Assembly (NCBI GenBank): GCA_951406725.2
Contig: OX597831.1
Span: 55,490,001 to 55,554,000 of the forward strand
Length of the DNA: 64,000 nucleotides
From: Octopus vulgaris
Lineage: Eukaryota
Direction: 5' to 3'
Under the pieces are notes generated by a model. It saw only the letters and a list, made by a program, of their open reading frames with translations. It was not told the DNA's origin and ran no database searches. Each line of letters begins with the position of its first letter. Position 1 is the first letter of the stretch. Made by a program: the position numbers and the translations under genes. This document shows positions 52,211 through 64,000 of the stretch, piece by piece.

Positions 52211-55200
52211 TGTCATGCAGTTACTGTTTATACCTCGTTCAGAGATTTATTATTGCTTATATATATATATATATATATATATTAGATATAGTGAAGGTGT
52301 GTGATCTAGTGGTTAAGCTGTTGCACTCACAATCATTAGATTGTGGGTTCGATGCCCTGACTGGGCAGTGTGTTGTGTTCTTGAGCAAAATACTTCATTT
52401 CACATTGCTCCATTCCCCCTTCAATCAGCGGGGATTGTTGGCCTGCACACCTATCCAGAGGGGTGGTGTCATTCGAAGGGTAAAACAATGTGAAAGCACA
52501 TTATTACCAGTGACGTGTAATAACGTCTGATAGTCTGGTTGGTCATGTGTTCACATGAGATATATATATATCATCATCATTTCCTGTCTGGGAATACATA
52601 TGTATATTGTTTGCAAGTTGTACTATGATGAAAGAAACAACACCAAAAAAAGTATAAGTATTTGTTACAATAGTTAAATTTGACTACTGGCTCAGTGGTT
52701 AGAGTGTCAGGCTCACAATCACGAGGTAGTGAGTTCAATTCCTGGGCTGGGCTGTGCGTTGTGTTCTTGAGCAAGACACTTTATTTCACATTGTTCCAGT
52801 TCATTCAGCTGTAGAAATGAGTTGCAACATCACTGGTGCCAAGCTGTATCAGCCTTTGCCTTTCCCTTGGATAACATTGGTGGCATGGAGAGAGGAGACT
52901 GGTATGCATGGGCGACTGCTGGTCTTCCATAAACAACCTTGCCTGAATTTGCGCCTCTGATGGTAACTTTGTATGTGCAATACCAGGAAGACATGGGATG
53001 AAATACTGAAGGTCGATCCCTGACCCTTACAAAGGAGACAACAGAAGACTGAGATATAAGATGCATTGCTGTACTCAAGAAAACCCGCTCACTACAAAAG
53101 AATTGAGTTCCTAAAACCAAGGTGCCATGTAAAAAGCACTGGTGATGATACCATGTAAAATGCACCCAGTACCCTCTGTAAAGTGGTTGGTGTTAAGAAG
53201 GACAATCAGCCATAGAAACCAAACCAAAACAGACTATGGAACCTGGTGTGGCTCCTGGCCTTGCCAGTTCTTGTAAAGCAATCCAACACATACTAGCATG
53301 GGAAATGGATGTTAAATATTGATGAGGAGGAGGACTGCTAAAATGTCATAGTAGTCAAATCAAATAATAATCATTATTTTAATCTGTGTGAGAGACAGTC
53401 AGACAAAGAGAGAGCGAGTGTGTGTGTGTAAACCATTGCAGTCACCAGCAAGTGAGAGTGTGTTGGTAACATGTAACATTCTTTCAATAATTGCTCTAGT
53501 TGCTGATGTAGTTGCGAATCATTAGAGATGGAATCATTAGAGATTTATGATCCCGCTCCTCCGCGGGGAGCTGGGTGTACCGGTACGAGTGTTCGGCTGC
53601 CTGATAGGGGCCTGCGGCGCATGGTGCTCCGAGGCCGAGGACGCACTGGCAGCGCTGCGCATTAAAGATAAACGTTTTATGAGGCTGCTTAGCCCTCTCA
53701 GCCCTCTTGTCTTTGACCCAGCTGAATGTCTTAGATGTGCTAGTGGGAGAGAGAGAGAGAGAGGGCTGCAGCAGTAATGGGCCAGCAATTCAGTTATGAA
53801 GCCCAAAACAGTAAAAGGCAAGGATGACCTCGGTAGCAAATATCAATGTTTTCCATCTGACACTCAAATGACTGCCAAAAGACCACACAAAGAGACAAAC
53901 ACATACATATTGTCGTCATTTAAAGACCGTTTCCTGTGCAGGTATAGACTGGACATTCTGACGGGTTCAACAACTGCTTCACTGTCTTACAGACCCTAAG
54001 AAAGGCAGCATTATGCTAGGAGATGAGGGTTCAAAATATGAGAGAAAAGACCAGAGTAAAGCAGGATTCTAATTGTAGAGGAAGAATATGGCTGTTCACA
54101 TTATAGAAGAGAGGGTGGTGGGTGACCGGTGTAGAGTTGAGAAGAGATAAAAATAAAATAGTGATGAGATGACTGAGTGGACCCTCAAAGTACAAAAAGA
54201 GTGAAAGTGCACAGAGACAGAACTGTGAGTGTGAGTGCAAGTGTGAAGGAGAAGTAGGTGTAGTGCATAGAGGAGAGTGTGATGGAGAAAGAGAGGTGCT
54301 TCGATAGCTCAGAGAGATGATCATTGTCCAATGTGGCTGGAAAAGACAGTCTTAAGAATGAAGAATGGAAATCAAGTGAAATGGTTTCAAGCAGTGAGAA
54401 AGATCAGAGGTATCAAGAAAAAGTTATAGTTAGAGAGGTAATGGATGGTGGAGGTATCTTGAAGAAGAAATTAGGTGAAGGGCTCAGTTGTGCATACACA
54501 CACACACAATGCTTCCAGAACTTAGTTTCACCAAGTTGGGTGGGTCTTCTTGAGGACTGTATAGCACCAGTTATCCCAATCCTTTGTCATCTCCACAAGG
54601 TTCAATGTCCTGAGATCAGCCTTCACTACTTCAGCCAATGTCTTCTAGGGGTTCTCTCTTTTGTAAACTCCATCCACATTAAGTAATCAGCATTTCTTTA
54701 TACAGCCATCTTCACTCATACATATCAAATGTTTTCTTTCTTGTACAACTACATCTCATACTTCTTATGCCCAGTTTTTCTTTCAGCACAGTTGTACTAT
54801 GTTGTTCATGCACACTTACATTGTAACTCAAGTCCTCTACATTCATGGCTCATGTCTTACTACCATACACCATCACAATTCTAACAAAAGCCTTGTGTGA
54901 TCTGCACTTCACTCTGGGGGAGAAGACCTTCATTGTTAGCAGTGGTCGTAGGTTCCTGAACTCTCTCCAACCTGTTCTTACTCTGGCTGCTATACATCTA
55001 GAGCAACCAATTCCCCTGTTAATTACATCTCTTGGATAACAAACGCTGTCTACTACTTCTACTGAACCATCCAGGCATTTAGGGGAATCTGTCTCCAGTG
55101 TGCCATAGTATTACCTCAGTGCATCTATCACATATGAAGCTTACAATCTCTGTTAGTTTGCCTGTGATTCCAATATACATCTTTTGTGTTCTTAGTGTAT

Positions 55201-55254
55201 GGAGTTTATATATCTATTCTTTTTTGCATGCATGTAAAAATGTATGAATGTATA

Positions 55255-55294
<40 letters not shown>

Positions 55295-55309
55295 GAATGT
55301 TATACTCAC

Positions 55310-55351
55310 AAATTGAAGTTAACAACAGCACATGCATTGACAAGAAGTGTA
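55310..55351 (-). CDS. SMIM7: Small integral membrane protein 7, exon 2
   Basis: TTTTCAG/GTGAGT; (S)TLLVNACAVVNFN(L); 42 nt. Confidence 0.92.
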
Positions 55352-56359
55352 CTGAAAAGAAGGAAATAACAGATATCAATGTTAAATCAATAAATAATAA
55401 TCAATCAACAATAACCTGAGATCAAAATGTATTTATGTGTTAGCTAAAAAACTTTGCATAGGTTTCTCATATTAGACTAAAGCCTGTCATTTTAAAGTAG
55501 GGGTACAGTCAACTGAATCAACTAGTATGGTACAATTATTCTATCATCTCCAATAGGAATGAAGAGCAAAGCCAGTTGTAAAAGGATCTGAACTCAGGCT
55601 ATAAAAGAAGGCCATTAAAAATTGTGAAGCATTTATTTACTCTCACCCTTTACCATTTCTGAAACTCTACTGCATTGTATTTAATTAATACTGATTTTTT
55701 TAGTGAGAGTGGTCACTAATTTAAAGTATAAAAGTGTTTGTAGAAAAGTCCAGTAAATGCGCTTTTGAGAAGCACATGTAATGGAATATCAGAAGACAGT
55801 TTTTAGACAAATAATTTAATTTATCAAATCATTACAACAGCTAACAAGTAAAAAGAGTGTAGCCTATATGTAAGAGTCAGAGAAAGCATTATAATTTACA
55901 TTTGAACAATATATTCAGTTGGAAGTTGTTATAAGCGAATAGGAATGAAGCTAGCTTAAACAAAAATATACAGTTCATTATGAGGGAAAATTGGGACTGA
56001 TGTTATCCAGAATTTCACGGAGTGAAGTTAGCAGAAATGAAATAGGCTGTTCAGGAGGTGACAAGTTGAGAGCCAATATAACTCGGAGTTAGTTGCATGA
56101 AGTTGGTGGCAAAATAACCAAAAGCTGTTCTATGTTGAAAGAAGGAATGTTGCTGGTGTATGGTCTTTTTGCCAACTGTTTAAAACTTCCACTTCTCACC
56201 TTGGGCAGAGAACTGCCTTTGATATTCAGGCACCCAGCCCTGATGGGTTGAAGTATGCCATAGCACAACTGTGCTATGCCATGACAACAAAAATGGCATT
56301 CCTGACGCACTACAATTTCATTAGGCCACACATTTTTATTTAGGGAACAGTTATTTTAA

Positions 56360-56581
56360 CCCTTTAGCATTCAAACCGGCCATATCCGGCCAAAAGTATT
56401 CTGCCTGTTTTATGTTCAAACTGGCTAGATCTGGTCTCTCGTACCAGCCCTACAATATCGTTTTAAAAATTAACAGCTACCACATCAAAATCTCAAAGCT
56501 ACAAGATTAATGCCTGATTAGTTCAAGGCAATGTGGATAAAAAGGGATTAATTTTGGCAGAATAATGCGAACACTAAAGGG
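56360..56581. mobile_element. piggyBac-type MITE
   Basis: TTAA-CCCTTTAG ... CTAAAGGG-TTAA. Confidence 0.8.
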
Positions 56582-56749
56582 TTAAGCAACTCCATTAATT
56601 GGCTGCTACTTATTTTATCAATCTCATATACAAATCAGAGTCCTACTCTTGTATCCAGAATAGTGCAGCTGATACGCACATAAACTGAATAGCAAGCTGT
56701 CACACACTAAATACACTATCATACATACATATTCCCTGTTTCTCTTATC

Positions 56750-57131
56750 TCTCTCTATATAAACGGCAGTTTGTCTGTGTGTGTTTCTGTGTGTCTGTTT
56801 GGTTGTACCCTCACCCTGACCACGGCTTTCAACCGATTCTGATGAAACTTGACACACACATAGCCCAATGTCATAATTCAAAACTAACGCAGCGAAAATT
56901 TTGAAAAGTTCCCCCAGTTCTGAAAAAAATCGATAAATTCGACATGGGGTTGAGAATCAGAAACACAAACCACAGACTGTCTAGGGGACGCAACTCGACC
57001 TTTTTTAACTCAAAAAAATTTACCATCATTTTTTTTTCATTTTTTTTGCTATTTTTTGGCTATAACTCTCTAAAAATGCTTTATAGTTATTTCCCTTACA
57101 AACCTGAGCAACGCCGGGTGATACTGCTAGT
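56750..57131 (+). mobile_element. Non-autonomous Helitron-like element
   Basis: TCTCTATAT 5' end and GAGCAACGCCGGGTGATACTGCTAGT 3' end, as at 4872-5263. Confidence 0.6.
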
Positions 57132-57963
57132 TACTTATAAAACATTAACGCAGGCAGAATTAAAGCTTCTTTAAATCTGTCTTTTTCAGCTATTACAATG
57201 TTGTTCAGCCTTGAGTCAATCTTAATCAAGTAGACAAATAATCATGAGCAAAAGCATCACCATCACATCTTTCTTTTATTTTAGCTGTATCCAGTATTAT
57301 ATTATTCAGTGTGTCCTCTTCTTTTAATACAGTTAGCTGTGATTTCAGAGACATTTGGCTGTTACATCTAGCAGATTAAGCTAGATATATCCAGTGAGGG
57401 AATCCCACATAGGGATTATCTCAGTGGATCACTGTTATTACTACTAATCTAAAGACTGACACAGTATTTTGAACTGGACGATTCCTGTGAGCTTGAACCA
57501 TGTTTCTCATATTAGTTCTCCAGTGGGATGGAATCCTTATCTGTATCATGTGGATACATCAAGAAAAATGATTTTTCCTAGAAACCATAGTATTTATAAA
57601 TGGTAGCTATTATTTAAGTAAAAAAAAAGTGTTGTTTTTCATCTAAGTGTAGCACAGAGCCAGCTAGTGTGCCATACCAAAAAGGACATTGTAAAAATGT
57701 TATTAGGCTACCACAAGGTACCATACCTGTGGTTAAGAAGTTTGTATGAAGTACTGGGTTCAAACCCACATCACAATATCTTAGGCAAGTGTGGTAATTA
57801 CAACCTCAGGTTGACCCAAGCCTTGTGAGTAAAAATTGGAAGGCAAAAACTATATAAAAGTTCATTGGATGGGCTGTACTTATAATTTAAAGATTCAGCC
57901 TTGTCATAACTGTGTTACACTGATTCATTATCATCAGCATCTCTTTAATGCTTGCATGGATCA

Positions 57964-58498
57964 GCCTTAAGAGTAAGACTGACGTTTCGGGTGACGCCTG
58001 TCTTCGATGAAATACAAAACAAAAAAGAAAAAAAAAGCACAACTCAGATCTCTTCAAGGTGCATGAACTTATATTTTTACCTGCTCTTTTCTTTTCCTCA
58101 GGTTCTAGTTATTTTACTTCGTTAATGACTTGCTTCGAGATAGCACTTTTTAGCTACAGTGGACACCGCTTTCGTTAAATATTACTTATAAAATTTAATG
58201 TCTGTTACGTAAATATTTTAGTGACTTCAACGAGTACTAGTCAGTTCAGCCCCAAGCCAACTACAATATTTACGTAACAGAGATTAATATTTAACGAAAG
58301 CGGTGTCCACTGTAGCTAAAAAGTGCTATCTCGGAAGCAAGTCATTAACAGAACCTGAGGAAAAGGAAAGAGCAGGTAAAAATATTAAGTTCATGCACCC
58401 TGAAGAGATCTGAGTTGTGCTTTTTTTTTTTTTTCTTTTTTGTTTTGTATTTCATCGAAGACAGGCGTCTCCCGAAACATCAGTCTTACTCTTAAGGC
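57964..58498. repeat. Long inverted repeat (about 250-bp arms, ~40-bp spacer) in SMIM7 intron 1
   Basis: GCCTTAAGAGTAAGACTGACGTTTCGGG.. pairs with ..CCCGAAACATCAGTCTTACTCTTAAGGC; high identity with a few indels. Confidence 0.9.
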
Positions 58499-58721
58499 AC
58501 ACGAACTTAAAAGTTATTAAACAGTCTCAGTGTAGTAAATAGTACCGATGTATGTCATTACAAAAATGTCAACATAAGAAATCAGTAAACAACAGCAAAA
58601 GAGAAGTTTACAAATAGTGTCAACATAGAAAACGTCATTTAATAATAATTTGTAATAATAACGATATTTTCCCCCCTGCGACATAAGATATAATGAATTA
58701 TAAACAGACTGGGATACTGAC

Positions 58722-58747
58722 CTAAACAAGATGATATCAGAAATCAT
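58722..58747 (-). CDS. SMIM7: Small integral membrane protein 7, coding exon 1
   Basis: ATG ATT TCT GAT ATC ATC TTG TTT AG then GTCAGT; MISDIILFS resembles MIGDILLFG. The five exons total 225 nt, giving 74 aa. Confidence 0.9.
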
Positions 58748-59867
58748 TTTGTTGACAGAGATTTGTTCTTCTAAAGCAGTTCTGGAATTGTTCTCATAGA
58801 TGACAGTAAACAAAATCTGAACAGAAATATTTCCTGTGCCACATCACATTTGGTTACCTTTTATTATCTCCCTTCAAATATTTTCATAGGAAATGTTATT
58901 GACGAGCCACGATTTCGTACTGGCTTCCAGAAATCCGGCAATATTGAGCAGCATTCTATATAACCTGCATTGAGCGAACGGACCCTGTTTCTTAATTCGC
59001 TTAACTTGCATACGGTGTGTTAAAAGTAGTTGTTTTATTCTTCACATTTTTAAGTGGATTGATGAAGATTAAACACTCTACTTTACAAGTTTATCAATTT
59101 GTATTTATATCTGTTAAATAAAATCGTGTCTGGAGAGAGTCGTTTTCTTGTTGTGCCTTATAATGTAACACACTAACCACGAACTCATATAAAGAATCTT
59201 GCAAACCAAATCCAAAAACAAAAAAATAAAATAAAATAAAATCGTGTTCTTCATTTAATTTTAATCCAACAAACATTATACTGTATATGACATACATACT
59301 ATATGATGTATTTTAAGTGTATTAATAAATATCAAACAAACCCTGCTTTAGAGGTGTGATAATTTGATTCTGTGAAACAGAACTTCGTTCTTTATTTTTC
59401 ATAGTTTATTATGAATTTTAAGTATATATTAAAATATCTTCAGAAAACCGGAAAATTCAGAAATCCGTGACACTTCCGTCCCCCAAGCTTGTCGGGTTAT
59501 TGGTCCAGTACTGCTTATTGCGATTAAGGCTTCTAAGGAATCGCTCTTGTTTTAATGGGAGAGCAGGTTGTAGTTTCAGAATAGCAATCAGTACTTCATA
59601 GCGAACGAAAAGGGGGATGAATTTGGGTGCACAAAATATAAAAAGAAACTGAAATTCTACAGAAAAGATTCGGTGGAGTTTCGGATCAGGACACCGACAT
59701 AAATTGAATTTTCGGTAAATTTCTGTATTAACCTGCACGATTTTCACTAAGAAAAAAAAAAAACAACAACAAAAAAACTCGGATTTTTTTGCGGGGAATC
59801 AGGTACCCTGACCTCCTAATATGCTGCAAATCCCTTATTTTAGTTCAGGAAAAGGAGTGGAGGGCCC

Positions 59868-60273
59868 ATCCCGGAATCATTGGAATTTTTTTTTTTTTTT
59901 TCGTTGAATGAATTCCTGTGACCTCCTAATATGCTACAAAACCCTTTTTGGGGTTCGAAAAAACGGGGTGGGATGAGGTGGAAGCCGCAGAAATTTCACC
60001 CTCACCCCATTGATCTTTTCACCCGCACGAAAAAAAGCGGGGACCGGCCTTACCTTTCTTTCCGAACCAAAATAAGGGATTTGCAGCATATTAGGAGGTC
60101 CGATTTTTTTCCTTAGGGAAAATTGTGCGGGCAAAAGGGATGGGGGAGAAATTTCCGAGGCTTCCACCTCACCCACCCCGCTTTTCGTACCCCAAAAAAA
60201 GGTTTTGTAGCATATTAGGAGATCACAGGAATTCATTCAACGAAAAAAAAAAAATATTCTAATGATTCCGGGA
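59868..60273. mobile_element. Foldback/MITE-like inverted-repeat element
   Basis: CCCGGAATCATT..TTCGTTGAATGAATTCCTGTGA.CTCCTAATATGCTACAAAACC recurs inverted at about 60200-60273. Confidence 0.65.
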
Positions 60274-61796
60274 GTATTGGAAATATAGAGTATGGTTGGG
60301 GTTAGCTCGCCCATAGCAACATATATCTTTTCAAAACGGCCGTAAGACTTTATACATGTTCCAGACAACTTATGAATCATTTTACATCCACTTTATCATC
60401 CTGTCGCAAGTACATTAATGGGATTACACTTTTTGTATATTTATAAATTTTTATGTGTATGCCATTTTGGCAATCTTTCGTTTGTAGTAGACCTTTCCGT
60501 CGATTTCCGTAAAAAACTTTTATTTTTTTACATATGGGCTTGCGGTAAGTTTTGAAGTAATGAGAGCGAAAAAGACTAAGAGAAAGCGATTGTATGCGAA
60601 AGATTGCCGAAATTTTATATATTTATAAATTTTCGTGTGTATGTATTTATAGATTCTTGGAAATTTTTCATATATCATATAGATGAATGCATCTATGTAT
60701 GTATTTTGTATACCATGGAGAATTTCGTTAATATGTATTGAATGAATATATAATCGGCCTTTAAATTTGTTTTCTCCTCTCCTTCATTTTATATTCCTGA
60801 AGCTCTATCAAAGCACTAATCAGTTGAACTGTATAAAGTGGATACCCATATCATTTATTTCTTCATTGTTCTATATATATAATCAAAAAATCAAGAGTAT
60901 GTAGTGTTCCATCATCATCGCTGTTTAACGTCCACTTTCCATACTGGCATGGGTTGGACGGTTTCACTGAGGAATGGCAAGCCAGAAGGCTGTACTAGGC
61001 TCCAATATGATCTGGCAAGGTTTCTCCAGCTGGATGCCCTTCCTAATGCCAACCACTCTGAGAGTGTAGTGGGTGCTTTTTATTTTCCACTGGCACGAGG
61101 GCCAGTCAGGCGGTACTTTTATCGACCATGCTTGAATGGTGCTTTTTTCGTACCACTGGCACTAGCAACGACTACGCTTGAATGGTGCTTTTTACATGTC
61201 ACCAAAACTGGAGCTAGACAGGCGGCACTCGCAACGACCGACTCTTGAATGGTGCTTTTTACGTTTCACCGGAATAGGAGCCAGTGAGGCAGTACTGGCA
61301 ACGACCACGCTTGAATGGTGCTTTTACGTGCCACCGGCATGGGACCAGTCAGGCAGTACTGTCCCCATTAATTAATAAGTTAAAAAACATATAATAAATG
61401 TATAAACAAGCAGAAAGCAGTCACAGAAGATCCTCGTCTTGAATCACATTTATTCATGTTCGTATACTCTTTTACTTGTTTCAGTCATTTGACTGCGGCC
61501 ATGCTGGAGCACCACCTTTAGTCGAGCAAATCGACCCCGGGACTTATTCTTTGTAAGCCCAGTACTTATTCTATCGGTCTCTTTTGCCGAACCGCTAAGT
61601 AACTGGGACGTAAACACACCAGCATCGGTTGTCAAGTAATGCTAGGGGGACAAACATACACACATATATATATATATATACATATATACGACAGGCTTCT
61701 TTCAGTTTCCGTCTACCAAATCCACTCACAAGGCATTGGTCGGCCCGGGGCTCTAGCAGAAGACACTTGCCCAAGATGCCACGCAGTGGGACTGAA

Positions 61797-61985
61797 GTAG
61801 TAATAATAGTAGTGACAGTAGGTGTTGTAATAATAGTTGTGATGGTGGTAACAGTAGCAGTAGTGGTAGTTGTAGTAGTAGTAGTGGTGGTGCTGGTGAT
61901 AGTGGCAGTAGTAGTAGTAGTAGTAGTACGGGTAGTAATAGTAGGGGAAAAAGCAGCAATAATGGCAGTGGTTGTAGTAAAATAG
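61797..61985. repeat. Degenerate (GTA/GTG)n trinucleotide repeat
   Basis: Seen directly. Confidence 0.85.
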
Positions 61986-63059
61986 TACTTATATGCACTA
62001 ACAATGCTTATAATTATAATAATAACAGTTTCGAATTTTGATACAGGGCCAACAGTTTTAAGGGGAAGAAGTCAATTATATCAACTCTGGTACTTATTTT
62101 ATGGACCCTGAAAGGATATAAGGAAAAGTCAGTGGTGGTGGAATTTGAACTTAGAATGTAATGACAAAATGCTTGTGGACATTTCGCCCCACATGGTCAC
62201 AATTCTGCCTTAATAATTAGAACACTAACATAATAACAATGACGATAATAATGATGGTTTCAAATTTTGGCTCAAGGCCAGCAATTTCAGGAGAGGGGCT
62301 AAGGAAATTACTTGGACCCCAGTGATCAACTGGTACTTATTTTACCAACCCTATCAGGATGAAAAGCAAGGTTGACATCAGCGGAATTTGAACCCAGAAT
62401 GTAAAGATGAAATGCTGCAAGACATTTTGCCAGCTTGCTGCCTAAATGACAATACGAATCATCATCATCATTTAACATCCATTGCCTATGCTGGCATGGA
62501 TTGGACAGTTTGACTGGGCTGGCACGCTGGAAGGCTGTGCCAGGATCCAATGTGATTTGGCATAGTTTTCTACAGCTGGATGCCCTTCCTAACGCCAACC
62601 ACTCTAAGCGTGTAATGGGTACTTTTACATGCTACTGGCATAGGTGCCATTTGCATGACACTGGTATCTGCCATGACTGCGATTTTACTTGGTTTGATGG
62701 GTCTTCTTCTCAAGCATGACATAATGCCATAGGCCTTGGTCATTGCCTCCACGAGGCCCATACTCAAAAGGAGCTTGGCCACTTTGTCTCCATGAGGCCA
62801 AACACTTGGAAGAAACTCAGCCACTTCACCTCTGTGAGGCCTGCTCAAAAGCAACTCAGCCATTTTGCCTCTGTCAGGCCCAATGCTCAAAAGGTACTCA
62901 GCCACTTTGCCTCTGTCAGGCCCAATATTCAAAGGTTGATCTTTTTACATACCACCAGCATGGGTGCACTTAGCTCAATGAGTCCTCTTAAGCTGAGGAT
63001 ATTGCCAAAGGTCTTGGTCATTAGTCATTGCCTCTGTGAGGTTCAAAGTTCGAAGGTCA

Positions 63060-63903
63060 TGCTTCACCACCTCATCCCATGTCTTCCTGGGTCTATCTCT
63101 ACTATAGGTTCCCTCCACAGTTAGAGATCAACACTTCTTTACACAACTGTCCTCGTCCATATGCATCACATGATCATACCAGCACAGTCGTCTCTCTGGC
63201 ACATCACATCTGATTCCTCTTATGCCTAACTTTTCTCTCAAGATGCTTATACTGTCGAACATGCACATCCAGCGAAGCATACTTGCTTCATTTCTCTCAA
63301 TCCTACACATGTCCTTGGCTGTTATAACCCATGTTTCACTGCCATGCAGCATAGCTATTTGCACACAGGCATCAAACAATCTGCTTTTCACTCTGATAGA
63401 GAGGCCCTTTGTTGCCATCAAGGGTAGGAGCTCTCTGAACTTAGCCCAGCCTAATCTTATTCCCTCGGAACAACCATCTCCACTACTAACCTGGCCACCT
63501 AGATACCAGAAGCTATCTAATACCTCTAGCTTGACCCCCCCCCCCCCCCCAGCAGTCGATGGAGTCTATTTTCCACACATGTTCAGTATTTATTATGCCT
63601 GTGCACCTTCCAAATATAGAAGTTACTTTCTCTGTTAACCTTCCTTTGATGTTACTGCATCTTTTGTGTGTCCAAATCTTACACTGGGTGCATCTTATGG
63701 AGTTTCTACCTACACCTTTTCTATAGATTGAGCAGAGCCATCTACCTGAGCAGATTTGTGATCTGTCTGCCTTCCTACTTACTATGACTTTGGTTTTTGC
63801 TAGGTTAACTCTAAGGTCCTTTGATTCTAGACCTTGTTTCCATACCTAGAACTTCTCTAGCTCAGGTAGTGATTCAGCTATAAGAGCAAAGTCATCAGCA
63901 TAA
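63060..63903 (-). mobile_element. RTE-clade LINE RT C-terminal remnant
   Basis: YADDFALIAES at about 63903; LDSFWYLG; KSRLFDACVQIAMLHGSETW..RNEASMLRWMC..RRLCWYDHV. A similar fragment lies at about 54640-55100. Confidence 0.85.
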
Positions 63904-64000
63904 CACAAATAAAATGGTAAAGACACTAATAATATTAATAATAATAATGGTTTCAAATTTTGCCATGGGGGCAGCAATTCTGGGAGAGGGGATGAGTCGA

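Noticed and set aside
61629-62004. Poly-Val and poly-Leu membrane-like ORFs
   Set aside because: They come from a SINE followed by a (GTA/GTG)n repeat.

Overview
AT-rich, repeat-dense animal genomic DNA, most likely an octopus (inferred from the tRNA-derived SINE families and the very high microsatellite load). I could reconstruct two intron-containing host genes by hand, lying tail-to-tail. (1) On the + strand, an 8-exon, 694-aa two-lobed transferrin-family gene (ATG 14799, stop 34261). It has a signal peptide, a C-terminal GPI-type tail (melanotransferrin-like) and a TATA+Inr core promoter. Only its C-lobe keeps all four canonical iron ligands. (2) On the - strand, a 5-exon, 74-aa SMIM7 orthologue (58747 to 46164) that the ORF track misses. 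The rest is mostly transposon debris: a Merlin transposase with nested LTRs and a MITE, a Gypsy 3' end, and remnants of hAT, DD37D Tc1/mariner, mariner, Helitron, CR1/L2 and RTE elements, plus a Penelope-like GIY-YIG element, SINEs and microsatellites. The most unusual signal is a set of long inverted repeats carrying Penelope-type minimal hammerhead ribozyme motifs. One has an intact catalytic core (CUGAUGA...GAAA...GUC) on the sense strand about 0.5 kb after the transferrin stop codon, paired with a 128-nt near-perfect antisense copy. All coordinates were counted by eye. Exon boundaries were checked for phase; repeat boundaries are approximate.
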